A stretch of 64,000 bases of DNA from Octopus sinensis (GCF_006345805.1 NC_042997.1:25358001-25422000); one strand, 5' to 3'; positions 11,246-24,705 are shown, counted from the stretch's first letter. Translations and numbers: made by a program. Notes: generated by a model not told the origin, from the sequence alone.

Positions 11246-11255
11246 TCCAGTATTA

Positions 11256-11523
11256 AAATAATAAAAATAAACGCACCCTTTTTTTTAAAAGCCTAGCCAG
11301 GCTCATGGGCCCGGTTTCCTGGTTTCTATGGCGTATGTGTTCGCAGCTGGACGGGACGCCAGTCCATCGCAGGGTTATTCATTTTTGCCAGCTGAGTGGA
11401 CTGGAGCAACGTGAAATGAAGTGTTTTGCTCAAGAACACAATTTTTCGCCCCGTCCAGGAATCGAAACCACAATTTTACGATCGCGGTGCTGACACCCTA
11501 ACCGCTAAGCCACGTGCCTTCAC
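11256..11523 (-). mobile_element. SINE family E
   Basis: tRNA-like head, GTGTTCTTGAGCAAAACACTTCATTTCACG central block and A-rich tail. 14-bp TSD GCCTTC(C/T)AGTATTA at 11242-11255 and 11524-11537. Confidence 0.92.
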
Positions 11524-12419
11524 GCCTTCTAGTATTACTAATAGTAATTCATCAGGCATAATTTTTTATGAAAGTGGTGCGAGGTAGAGTCGATTATTTG
11601 ACAGGTACGTTTGTTTTAGGGCTCAGAAAAATGAAAACAAATTTGATCTGTATTGATTTCGAGGATCGTAGACAGTGACACAACTAAAACAAAAGACATC
11701 AAGGTTTTTCTTAACATTTTACTCCATCGCAATCTCCGTGCACCATTTTACAGCATCCTCCGTATAAAACATGATTTTGCTTGTATGAATACCGGTGCAA
11801 ATATTGCTTTTGAACACAGATTATCTTTCCTTTATTTCATCAAGTTTTCACATTTTTATCATACGTTTCATGTCTTTTTTGGTTTTTACATATTTTGACA
11901 TAGAAGAGAATAGGGATTTCTCGTCTCGATACCCACTTTATTTGACGCCACTTACACCTTGAACAATTTGGGGATATTCATAAAAATTACAACGTAGTAT
12001 TTCTTGTTCTAAAAACTCCAAGCATTTCTACTCAGAAAAAAAGAGACACTGATATTTGTTACCTTTACTATTTGTCTTTCATTTTCTTACTTTGATATCT
12101 TTCATCCTCAATCTCTGTCATTTTCTTCCATTTCTTTTTGTCTTTTGTGTCTATGTATTATTATATTTTTTGTTGTCTTTCTGTCTAGACATTATTCTTT
12201 AGATGTTTTAGTTTAGCTTACACACACACACACACACACGCAAACACACGTGTGTGTCTGTGTATGTGCGCGATCGCGCACGTAATTTTGATATATCCAT
12301 TTCTGTATAAATATATATTCTATTATCTTTCTTTTTATGTCGTTACACTCTATCTTACTCACAAAGAATCTCTCCGTTTTATCACCAATTTTATTGCCAG
12401 ATTAGTTGTCGTTGCCACT

Positions 12420-13400
12420 TTCTAAGCTGACCAATGACCACTATGAATCGATTCATGACGGATTACGTGGGTGCATAGGTAATTATATCTAAGATCAAGA
12501 GGGGAAATTCCACCTCTTAAGAGAAGCCAAGTAGACAGTGTAAAGATTGTGAAGTATACCGTTTAAAATGTCTCCCATTGAAACGAGTGTCTGATTTCTA
12601 ATCTACACGACGTTAGTGTTAAAATGACCCGTAGAACATCAGTTTCCAAAGTTAAATATGTGATGCCAGATATAAGAAAAATATTTTCCTTGCCTAAAAT
12701 TGAATAATTGTTCAGCTTAAGTTGAAAGAATTTAGCTTAGGTAATGTCGATAAGTTATCAGTCTACTGGTGAAAGTATTGACAATTTTCATAGAGTCAAA
12801 TGGAGATGTATCGTGTTTAGTGATACATTTCTTGTCTTGTAGGTGTTGTAATTCTCAGAGGATATAAGTATCTAAAATCAAGCTTCAAGACATTCATGTT
12901 AGAAATTATTTGTACAATGATCCGCAAGAAAGCGAAGCACCTATAACGATTTCAGTCTCCGCTAGATTGGACTGCAGACTTCAATTTTGTCAATATAATT
13001 ACTTCGAAGTAATTATGTTTTTCGTCTGCCTTTCGGTACTGTCATATCTGTTCAAAACCTAACATCATGCCGATGGATGAACTGGGAAAATCAAAACGAC
13101 TTATAGAAAGGAAGTCATAGGCCTGATCCAAAATGCTAACAAATATTATATTTTCAAAATTTTCAAGTTAGATATATAGAAGAGAATAAAAATTCTGCAT
13201 CCTGAGAATATGGCGGCATCGTTGTTTGATAAAGAAACAAATCCTCGATTTTTTACAGATGCTAACCCGACATGCAAGAAACCAAGCTTGTTAATTTTCC
13301 TTTCATTCAAATTAAACTTTAGTTTTATTGAGAGTGGGTTACGTACAGCAATACAGCTTGCAGAGAAGAGGGTGATTTTTCTGCATAACTACAAGTGGCT
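12420..13400 (-). mobile_element. Possible highly decayed LINE (RTE-like) endonuclease region
   Basis: Microsatellite-free stretch with broken resemblances to APE motifs (GDFN-, LDYI- and SDH-like). No continuous ORF. Confidence 0.25.
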
Positions 13401-13595
13401 TCAGTGAAAACTGGTATTCATTAGTGCTAATATTACTGACAAACACGCAGGAGGACCTCCTCTGGCCGATTATGGGAAGTTGTTCTCATTCAGTTGATCT
13501 TCAATGAGCAAGCTAGATATTTTGGTTGTCTTCCCTGAGCAAGGATATCGTTTTGATCGAGATGGCAGGCTTGTGGTTTCAGATATGAATTATAA

Positions 13596-14918
13596 CACTG
13601 GTTAACAAAATAAAACTTATTTTCTGGCATAAAATCTTAGAGCTGTTTTAGACTAATTTGGGGGTACAGATTCCAAAACTGACCCCAGATTTTCTCTGTC
13701 ACATCCCATTTTTGTGCCATCGGTATATACTTTAATTACCTGGAGCATATCAAAAGTTAACTTCGCATCACTATCTGCGGGAATTTCGGTTGGATTGGCA
13801 TGCCAATTTTGGATAATATGTTCAAGGTGAGTTTTTCATTAAAACCCTCCCTCTTCTTTTCAGGTGTGAACTGAAACACTGTGATCTAGTTATGGATATA
13901 ACATCAAAAAGAAGGACGTGCTGTAATGAGGTCTGTGGAAACTTTACCCCACTGGCTCAAAAGTACAACTGTCAAGAAAAAAGTTTTATCTTGCGTACGT
14001 TAAAGTAGCACTTGGGGACCAGAACAAAACCTAGGCTTCATACAAAGTTTGCAAAACCTGTGTTGAATCGTGCTGTGATGAGGCAATCCATCAAAGGTCT
14101 TGATCGCAGAGGAGACTGCTTCAGAAATATATATATAACCTTTCCAAGTCTTTGTGAAGTGAAGATAAAATGCAGGAATATTTGAAGGACCTCAAATAAG
14201 AACACTCCTCAGGGATCCACATTTTGTTACAACATTAAGTACAGCCTTCTCTGATGTGGTGCTGAATTCCCTTGGGGGCAGGAAAGGTGACAACTGTTAA
14301 GAGATTGTTGAGGAGCTGCTTTTGAGTTTGCAAGCGCTTGGATGTCAAATGAGCATTAAATTGCACTATGTACACAGTCACTTGAGTGAACTTCCAAAGA
14401 ACCTATGTGATGTGAGCGAAGAACAAGATGAACGCTTTCATCAAGACATAAAAGTAGTGTAAGAAGTCGATGGGACTCAAACATGATTGCAGATTACTGC
14501 TGGGGTTTGATGAGAGACATTCAAGACGCTGCGCACAAGAAATTATCAAAAAAACAGTAAGTTCTAGCAGTAATAAGACGATCAGAAGGAATGACCACAA
14601 TGAATTGAAATTTTGTATTCATATTTTATTATCACCAAGCCTAGTTCTTACATGCTAAAATACATTTACTCCCACAACTTTGTGTTTTGATTTATTAGAT
14701 TAAAAGCAAGACATATTGTCTATAAAAATTGCTTCTACTATGTTTAATTCTTTTTTTTAATGGGCATTGAATAGCTGTTTCTAGCAAAAACCGAAATACT
14801 TTACGTCTCAAAAATCTGATGTGATAGACAAAATCTGATGCCAAATTTGGATTCAGTACCCCAAAATTAACTAAAAGCTATTTTAAACTTTGTGCCAGAC
14901 GATATGTATTGACCAGTG
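13596..14918 (+). mobile_element. Chapaev3-type (CMC superfamily) DNA transposon, internally deleted
   Basis: CACTGG...CCAGTG termini, TAA TSD (13593-13595 and 14919-14921) and ~110-bp imperfect TIRs. Transposase relics: YLAYVKVALGDQNKT*ASYKVCKTC, IFEGPQIR, LGCQMSIKLHYVHSHL...DVSEEQDERFHQDI, RWDSNMIADYCW. Confidence 0.85.
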
Positions 14919-14934
14919 TAATCAATGCAATATA

Positions 14935-15196
14935 AATAAAATAAATAAATGCGCCCTTTAAAGCCTAGCCAGGCTCATGGGCCCGGTTTCCCAGTTACTA
15001 TGGCGTATGTACTCCCCAGCTGGACGGGACGCCAGTCCATCGCAGCGTTACTCATATTTGCCAACTAAGTGGACTGGAGCAACGTGAAATGAAGTATTTT
15101 GCTCAAGAACACAACACGTCGCTTGGTCCAGGAATCGCAATCACAATCTTACGATCATGATGATGACACCCTAACCACTAAACCACGCACCTCCAC
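14935..15196 (-). mobile_element. SINE family E
   Basis: Matches 11256-11523. Perfect 15-bp TSD AATCAATGCAATATA at 14920-14934 and 15197-15211. Confidence 0.95.
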
Positions 15197-17544
15197 AATC
15201 AATGCAATATAGTATGGCTAATATTTGCTTATGCCTTGTTAGAAGACAACCTATCAGAGGTATACGAGGGGTTGAAAACATTTATGGAACATCATGCTTA
15301 TTCTTAGCAAAGTTAAACTACTATGATATCTTAGTTACACGCTGTGATATAGCAGAAGCAGCAAAGAAGGGTGGTGGTGGTGGTAGCAAATCATGAAATA
15401 TCAAATAAATACACAATGAGATATCTTGAAGAGCTTTCATGGTAGAATTCTACTAGTTGACTATCTTTTACTTGCATGCATTTCTTTAGCTGTTGCTGTT
15501 GTTAAATTCTCGTGAACCATAATCAGGCATAGCTATGTTTAACGTCATGCTAGCCGTGGCCATTCCATATATTTGTGCATCCAAGACTGCATTAGCCATT
15601 GTCTCATTCGATACCCTGACCTCAATGTTTGTTTTGTCTGTCCACGTATCGTCCCCTCTTTTTCTTAACCTCATGGTAAATGAAGAAATCGACCGTGACG
15701 TGTAATTGAAGAAAGTTCTTCAGAACATCCACTACTCGCCTTCTCATTCTCTCACACTTCCTTCCTATCTTCTATGAAACTTTTGTGCCAATGAAAATGT
15801 TAGTCTGGTATATTTCATAAGTTTCTGTAACGTTTTTTTCTCAGTTTAATACACATCTTTATTGCATCGCCAGTTTCTTAACAACTCGACTGCATTCTGC
15901 AAACTAGTCAGTTGTGACTAGTTTTAGTAAACACTGTTGGGATAAGCAGAGTTTAGCAGGGTGTCTTCAAACCTGTTGTTACAACCGTCTCCTTCTATGT
16001 GAAATAAACAAAAGTTGGCAGGCCATCTTATTAGATGTATAGCAGTGATATACTAAAATTACAATAAACTTGAACAGCTATAACTGCCTCTCCTAAAAAT
16101 TATAGTACATTCCAAAATTCCAGACGAATACGTTCGTTCCTTTCTCTACAATTTTCTGAGATCATTCTCAGTTGTGAGATCTGGGGTCTAGTTGCATGCT
16201 AAAAGAACTTGGAGAAGAAGGATTTACAAATTACTATGTGGCATGCGTTTTGAGTTAGAGTATGGGTAACAAAAGGAAAGAAAAGTCAAACTGGGGTTTG
16301 GAGAAATGGGGATTTTTGTTAAAGTGGTACGTACCTAGCAATATATTCGGAGAAAAAGGCCGTCATATCACGGTAAAAAAATCAAAAAGATTGAAAGAAC
16401 TGTGCCTCTGACACCTAGATGTTCAAGTTCATTGATGAAGGAGTATTTACCAATCAGTAAGTTGACTTCATTTGGGGAGAGACTTAAGATTTGTATGTAG
16501 CGGTACCATCCCAGTCAAACATTGTAGAATGTCAACAATTTTTCAAAGTAGATGTACTGTCAGGCCGTAAAAAGAAAACAGTCTTCTGAGCGTAGTGTAA
16601 GCTATATTAAGAATATGACATTGGAAAGAAAGCCCGTCAGTCATTTAGCGATTGTGAAAATTTCAATTGCATATTGTCCACATTTAGAAGAATAATGAAT
16701 AGTAGTGAATAGAGTTATCTTGATCGGATCTTGTGTTGCTGGAGGATAGTGAACTGGTTATACACTGACTGAAGAATAGTTATTGAGGCATCAACGATGC
16801 GACGGATGGGAGCGAGAGATTAGGGAGAATTGTATGATTTTCTCTACTGAGTAGTGAATTTTGCAATAGATAATAAAATGTAGAGCGCTATGGTAAAGAA
16901 GTGCGGTTGTGAGAAATATAGTTAAATCTTTGAGTGTACCAATGTTAATAAAACATGTCCAAAGAGAATCCCTTTACAGACTCTAATGGTTTAACCTCGC
17001 AAAGTGCTTCTGATCCAAGAGACAAGAAACGATAGACTTACATGTGCCAGTACATTAATAAGGACTTTCGTATGGCAAATAGGCTTAACTGATCTGCTTT
17101 GTTAAGTGTAACGTCGGTCTCCTTTGGACAAATTTCTTAACTAGAGGAAGGAAGGTCTGTAGTAGAAGTGGTATAACGGAACCAAATTGCATATCACTCT
17201 ATAGTGTCTCACACATCCTAGACACCATAGAATTTAACTTCAACATAAAGACGTAAGTACTTACGGAGAACATTGTATTGAGTATACGCATCTATATTCT
17301 CTAAAGCAAATACAACCCACAGTATCAAACCACAGAAATTTTTCGTATAAAAATTCACTGACGCAGAACAGAACGAACACGGCTTAAGAGGCCTGGAAAA
17401 TATTCACTGCACGTTCTTACTTAGCTGCTTTCATCCACTGCTTCAATACACCAAAGATTACCTCCCAAACTGCAGCTATTTGTTTTGATCCGTTGCCAAA
17501 AGAATGTCCTTGAAATCTGAGAAATCTTCCTACATGCCACATCT

Positions 17545-17929
17545 TGGAAGCACTCCGTCGGTTACGACGACAAGGGTTCCGGTTGATCCGAATCAACGGA
17601 ACAGCCTGCTCGTGAAATTAACGTGTAAGTGGCTGAGCACTCCACAGACACGTGTACCCTTAACGTAGTTCTCGGGGATATTCAGCGTGACGCAGAGAGT
17701 GACAAGGCCGGCCCTTTGAAATTCAGGTACAACAGAAACAGGAAGTAAGAGTGAGAGAGAGTTGTGGTGAAAGAGTACAGCAGGGATCCTCACCATCCCC
17801 TGCCGGAGCCTCGTGGAGCTTTAGGTGTTTTCGCTCAATAAACACTCACAACGCCCGGTCTGGGAATCGAAACCGCGATCCTATGACCGCGAGTCCGCTG
17901 CCCTAACCACTGGGCCATTGCGCCTCCAC
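17545..17929 (-). mobile_element. SINE family D, full length
   Basis: A box TGGCCCAGTGG, B box GGTTTCGATTCCC, end CGGAGTGCTTCCA. Imperfect TSD ACATG(C/G)CACATC at 17532-17543 and 17930-17941. Confidence 0.93.
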
Positions 17930-18259
17930 ACATGGCACATCACAACTATGATCGCCCAATAAGCAGTGATCCATCAGAGAAAACTTCCATATTTGGATTT
18001 AACTCTACAACGTTCTACGAAGTTTAACATTTCTTGAAAATCTCAATTCTTCAACTTACATCTCTCATTAAAATATACACAAAATGCAAAAGTACTTTTG
18101 CTAACTTTAAACCAACAAGTATCCGACATTGATAATACCTCATCATTCCCTTCAAATGTTTCTTTCCTGTATAAACATTTAAATTCCTCTCGCTCTCTCT
18201 TTTTCTCTCTCCCTTCCTACCTACACACGAATTTATCCAAACGACTGGAATATACAATA

Positions 18260-18676
18260 CCTATTTCTTTATTACCCACAAGGGGCTAAACACAGAGGGG
18301 ACAAACAAGGACAGACATAGGTATTAAGTCGATTACATCGACCCCAGTGCGTAACTGGTACTTAATTTATCGACCCCGAAAGGATGAAAGGCAAAGTCGA
18401 CCTCGGCGGAATTTGAACTCACAACGTAACGCAGAGGAAATACCTATTTCTTTATTACCCACAAGGGGCTAAACACAGAGGGGACAAACAAGGACAGACA
18501 TAGGTATTAAGTCGATTACATCGAACCCAGTGCGTAACTGGTACTTAATTTATCGACCCCGAAAGGATGAAAGGCAAAGTCGACCTCGGCGGAATTTGAA
18601 CTCACAACGTAACGCAGACGAAATACCGCTAAGCATTTCGCCCGGCGTGCTAACGTTTCTGCCAGCTCGCCGCCTT
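18260..18676 (-). mobile_element. SINE family A with two tandem 183-bp units
   Basis: Unit starts at 18260 and 18443. TSD AATATACAATA at 18249-18259 and 18677-18687. Confidence 0.93.
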
Positions 18677-18957
18677 AATATACAATAACGACTGGAATAT
18701 ACAATAACGTGTTCTGTTTCTCCCACATCGCACTAATTGAACAATCTTAAGCAGCTGTTAACAATGCTCCATCCCAACATTTTCAGTGCTTCACGTAGAA
18801 ATGACTTTTGTAGGATGTAATGCAGCGAGCTGGCAGATTTTTTCCTTTGAAGATACTTATACACCACCTACTAAACATAGCCTTAGAAAAAAAGGAGAAA
18901 AACATCCCAAAATACTAAAATCTGATTTTTGCTCCCCCTTTAAAAAACATACTTCAT

Positions 18958-19386
18958 AGGCGCAGGAGTGGCTGTGTGGTAAGTAGCTTGTTTACCAACC
19001 ACATGTTTCCGGGTTCAGTCCCACTGCGTGGCACCTTGGGTAAGTGTCTTCTACTATAGCCTCGAACCGACCAAAGCCTTGTGAGTGGATTTGGTAGACG
19101 GAAACTGAAAGAAGCCCGTCGTATATATGTATATATACAGTATATATGTGTGTGTGTGTGTGTGTGTGTTAGTGTGTCTGTGTTTGTCCCCCTAGCATTG
19201 CTTGACAACCAATGCTGGTGTGTTTATGTCCCCGTTACTTAGCGGTTCGGCAAAAGAGACCGATAGAATAAGTACTGGGCTTATAAAAGAATAAGTCCCG
19301 GGGTCGAGTTTCTCGATTAAAGGCGGTGCTCCAACATGGCCGTAGTCAAATGACAGAAACAAGTAAAAGAGTAAAGAGTAAGAGAG
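18958..19386 (+). mobile_element. Composite SINE B/C, full length
   Basis: B head, (TA)/(TG) spacer and C tail ending in (AGAGTA)n. Confidence 0.93.
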
Positions 19387-19414
19387 TCTACGTGTATCAT
19401 AAATAATAATAATC

Positions 19415-19620
19415 CGTTCTACTAAAGGTACAAGGCCCGAAATTTTGTGGAAGGGCACTAGTCAGTTGCATATACCCCAGTGTTTCAATGGTAATTAATT
19501 TACCGACCTCGAAAAGATGAAAGGCAACTTCCACCTCTGCGGAATTTGAACTGAGAATGTAAAAAATGGATGACATGCCAAGAAACAGTTTGCCTAACGA
19601 CTCTGCCCGCTCGCCGCTTT
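19415..19620 (-). mobile_element. Degenerate SINE family A
   Basis: Family A tail and B-box region. Confidence 0.65.
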
Positions 19621-21006
19621 AACAGAAGTACTAATAATATCACCCACAAAAGCTGCCAACCTGCTAGGAATAGTAACAACATCAATTTTAATTCCCCCAT
19701 TACATTTTGAATACGTTGCAAAATCTATTAAATACGCAGTCTGATGGAAAAACGTGAGGATTACGAAAACACCTGTGGCAATAGTTCTGCATAAACATGA
19801 CAAAATTCGGGGTCTATCGACTACAATAATCGCCCAAATAAACTGTCATCCTAATTATCTATCATACCTTGAAAAGCAACAGCAGGGACAAGAATGCATT
19901 ACAAACAAGCATTTAGAATAAACATAAAGGGGGACCCAGATATCGATTATCATAACCATTGACATCACTCATATTCAATTGTCCTTAATCTTTTCACAAA
20001 AATTTATCACTGACCTATATTTTATAGTTAATTCTGTTCCATATAAATTCATTCTTATATACGTACAAATTAATACATTCATACTTACAAACATACAGAC
20101 ACATGCACACATGCTGTGTAAAAAGGTCTGTGTGTTTCTATAAGTATTCTGTGCGTGTTTGTACGTATGAGTGCGTTCGTGAATGCGACAGAGAGAGAGA
20201 TAGAGATAAAGAGAGAGAGAGAGAGAGAGAGAGAGTGTATGTGTGTGTGTGTATGTATTTTGGTACACCGCACAAATGCATTCATATTATAAGGGATATA
20301 ATGTTCAGAGATACTTTAAACTTATACAAAATGACGGGCACACAAGCATATATGATTCCTTACTTCCCCATATACATGGAAATACACACACACACACACA
20401 GACATATCCACATCTATCTCCGCATGTGGATATGTATGCAAATTTACACACATATATATGTTATATATGTGTGTGTCTGTGTGTGTGTGTAAGCATATAT
20501 ATATATATGTACATGTAAATATGATGTATGTAACATATGATATAGCAGCTGTCTTCGTAACTGTGCATTGTCTTTTTTTGTCACGTATTGCAAATGGAAA
20601 GAACAATCTAATTTCCTAGATATACGAAATATATCTGGTTAGACTGACGAATATGTTGTCATCGTCAAATATTTTTGCAATTTTTGTAAAAAATTATATT
20701 TCTATTTACCTTTTATAATGTGCTGCTGGCAATAAGAATCCATATTCAGAATCAGTACACATTCTCTTGAAACTCACTCGTGTATGGAGAGAGAGAGACA
20801 TGATATCAATTTCGACATTGAAATGCTGTAGGAATCTTATCAGACATATCAGATATGTAGTTGTCTTCAACTATTTCTCTCCCATTTTTCCTCCAAACTT
20901 ATATATCGGTGTATATGCTTTTCTCCCTCGAGGGTTGGTAAAATAATGTACCAGTCAAATAGTGAGGTCAGTGATATAGACCTCTTCCAAAACTGCCGGC
21001 ATTATA

Positions 21007-21188
21007 TTCTTCTTCTTCTTCTTCTTCTTCTTCTTCTTCTTCTTCTTCTTCTTCTTCTTCTTCTTCTTCTTCTTCTCTTCTTTCTTCTTCTTCTCTTCTT
21101 CTTCTTCTTCTTCTTCTTCTTATTCTTCTTCTTATTCTTATTATTATTATTATTTATTATTATTATTATTTTATTATTATTATTATTA

Positions 21189-21230
<42 letters not shown>

Positions 21231-21245
21231 TATTATTATTATTCG
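21007..21245. repeat. (TTC)n then (TTA)n microsatellite
   Basis: Direct reading. Confidence 0.95.
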
Positions 21246-21479
21246 TCTATTAATATATGTTTTACTTCACTACTGCCAGTTTGTTGTTATTTACTGTTAT
21301 GTTTAAACATTGTTATATATTGTACATTTATTATCATTACTTAGGTAAACTAACCTGGATTTTGAGCAGCTGGTTAATTCTTCTCCATCTGTTCTCCTAG
21401 GAGCTATTTTAAAATTTGTTTTGGGCTAAGACGCTCCATAATTTGATACAAAAAAAAAAAGATGGCGAACGAAAATTGT

Positions 21480-22330
21480 CCGTCCGCTGAAAAGAACAGC
21501 TAGTCATTCATTGAACTCTTCTTTCTTATCAAAACTATCTCTTTGCTTGATAGGTATTTTGTTGAATTTATAAACAGATTCTATTTGTCTTTCAATTTTT
21601 GAGAGCTATTCTCTGAAACCCAATGTAAGGAAAAGAAAATTTATCCCATGTTGTTTGCACATCTTCAGCACCACTTCGGCAGCATTCTTTCGCTGTGGGT
21701 GAAGTTTTTGATATCTGTCCTTCACATTTCCTATGCATAATGTCGTAATACATCAGCCCTTATTGGGGTTATTGCTGTAGAAAATTCTGCAGGAAATCCA
21801 AATCCTGGCTTACGGTTTTACTTCTAGTTGCCATTATATATTAATTTAAATTATTACAGTTTAAATTTATGTAGACATTTTAGTAAAATTATAATACAAT
21901 TTAACTCTGAAATAATCTGAAAAACAAAAGAAAATCTTTTAACAGATGCAAATATTTTCTAAAAATGATTTCCATTTGACATATATTGGAAAGTTGTAAT
22001 TTTATCATGTTCGAGGAATACCTTCCTACCAATTGTATTATATCACAATGCTTTTGCAATCTTTACTCATCAGATGTTTTAAACAAGGTATCTACAGTGA
22101 AATAGGCTCAAATGTTTGATATCCATAAACAATTTAGCATAAATGTGTTTGAGATTATATGATCAATATAGAAAATTGAGGTATTTAATTGCGGGTGGGG
22201 AGTAAGCAAGGGGTACGGGTACGGTAACATATGCCTAATTTTCATGTATTTTATTTAAAAAACTACTTGAAACTCTATGCATACCCTCGAATTAAGGTTC
22301 CTTCAAAATGGCTAATTCTACGCCCCTTAA
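21480..22330 (-). mobile_element. Decayed DNA transposon 5' part, superfamily unassigned
   Basis: Frameshifted translation MATRSKT...DVLRHY...AEDVQTTWDKFSFPYI...KIERQIESVYKFNKIPIKQR...KEEFNE*LAVLF resembles a transposase N-terminus. Possible terminus TTAA|GGGGCG at ~22330. Confidence 0.4.
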
Positions 22331-22574
22331 TACACACACACATACACACACATGTATGTATGTATGTTTCAAAGTATCTATATATGCGCATGTATGCATA
22401 TTTTTTTATACTTCCAACAATCAATTTAATACTCGAATTTCAATGTAATTATAAAAGTTGAAATACTTATGATCCAATTTTCCTGGGCACAGATTCAGAA
22501 GATTATTCATTAATTTTCCATAAATTTACAGATTCATTGCAGCATAATTTGCAATAATTAACATATCTCTCTCT

Positions 22575-22802
22575 TTCTCTTTCACTCTTTCACTTGTTTC
22601 AGTCATTTGACTGCGGCCATGCTGGAGCACCGCCTTTAGTCGAGCAACTCGACCCCGGGACTTATTCTTTGTAAGCCCAGTACTTATTCTATCGGTTTCT
22701 TTTTGCCGAACCGCTAAGGGACGGGGACGTAAACATACCAGCATCGGTTTCCAAGCAATGCTAGGGGGACAAGAACAGACACACAAACATATACACACAT
22801 GC

Positions 22803-22860
<58 letters not shown>

Positions 22861-23004
22861 TACGACAAGCTTCTTTCAGTTTCCGTTTACCAAATCCACT
22901 CACAAGGCATTGGTCGGCCCGGGGCTATAGCAGAAGACACTTGCCCAAGATGCCACCCAGAACCATGTGGTTGGTAAACAAGCTACTTACCACACAGCCA
23001 CTCC
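22575..23004 (-). mobile_element. Composite SINE B/C
   Basis: C tail, (TA)n 22790-22862 and B head with a small deletion. Confidence 0.9.
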
Positions 23005-23244
23005 ATATGAAAACTAAGAAAAACATTTATTTATACTAGCCAGAAGTTGGGTATTTAACCACGGAAAATATATTAAAGACAAAACATAAACTAAAAATAA
23101 GCACACAGACACATCATAAATTAAATGCACAACGAGACGTGATTGATTTTAAACTATGTCAAATCATGCAATGACTATTTTTTCAGTTTCATCCTTTATA
23201 ACATCATTTACAGTTTTTGTAAAGCAGGGTAACATTTGGAGATA

Positions 23245-23647
23245 GAATTTCTTTTCTACTATAGGCACAACGCTTGAAATTTGTGGGGAGGATCTGGTCG
23301 ATTACATCGACCCCAGTGTATCACTGGTACTTAATTTAACGACCTCGAAAGGATGAAAAGCAAAGTCGAACCTGGTGGAATTTGAACTCAGAACGTTGCG
23401 ATGGGCGAAATACCTGTTACTTTACTACCCACAAGAGGCTAAACACAGAGGGGACAAACAAGGACAGACAAACCGATTAAGTCGATTATATCGACCCCAG
23501 TGCGTAACTGGTACTTAATTTATCGACCCCCGAAGGGATGAAAAGCAAAGTCGACCTCGGCTGAATTTGAACTCAGAACGTAGCGGCAGACGAAATACCG
23601 CTTAGCTTTTCTTCCAACGCGCTAACGATTCTGCCAGCTTGCCGCCT
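23245..23647 (-). mobile_element. SINE family A, two units with the alternative 3' tail
   Basis: Terminal tail TTCTTTTCTACTATAGGCACAA, two body units and the head. Confidence 0.85.
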
Positions 23648-24354
23648 CAGGAGATGGAATCACGAAACGTTCATGGACAAGGAATAATTATCTTACTTTG
23701 GAACAAAACTGAACGTTATTGAGCAATGGGTAAAAAGAGAACCCTTAATTGCAAAGATTAGAGAGGCAAACTACTGCATGTACAATGCAGCATGTGTACG
23801 AGAATCTGCAAACTCATACGCACGCATGCGTGCACAAGCACACATGTGCACACGGAGGCACAAACACACACACACAAACGCATACATACACATATATACT
23901 GTTACTCAAAAGCACTATTCGTCCTGGTAACACTTATATATATTACATAATCACATGCATATTGTACCTACCACCCCATCATATCACTCAACCTGCTATA
24001 AAGGCTCAAATAAAATGTAGTACGCACACGCACTGCGTACTTACCCACACATTCATCGTTCAACTACACTACTTGTTTCGTATCACACACAAGCGCGCGC
24101 GCACACAAATGCTTTCATACTAAGAAAAATACATAGATATTTACAATTATGTTCATATGCATGAATGCTTATAACTATCTACCTTTTTGCTTTCTGCCTA
24201 TCTGTCTATTTGTCTGTCTATCTCTCCGTTTGTGTATCAAATCCTATCTTTCTTCCTCTATCTTGCTTACATTCTATCTATCTATTTATTTATCTCTCTC
24301 TCTGCCTGTCTGTCTGTCTCTCTCTCTCTATCTATCTATCCATTCATCCGCCCA

Positions 24355-24705
<351 letters not shown>

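Noticed and set aside
15900-17330. L2/CR1 endonuclease relic on the - strand
   Set aside because: Only faint YxPP- and IILxD-like traces; too weak to call.
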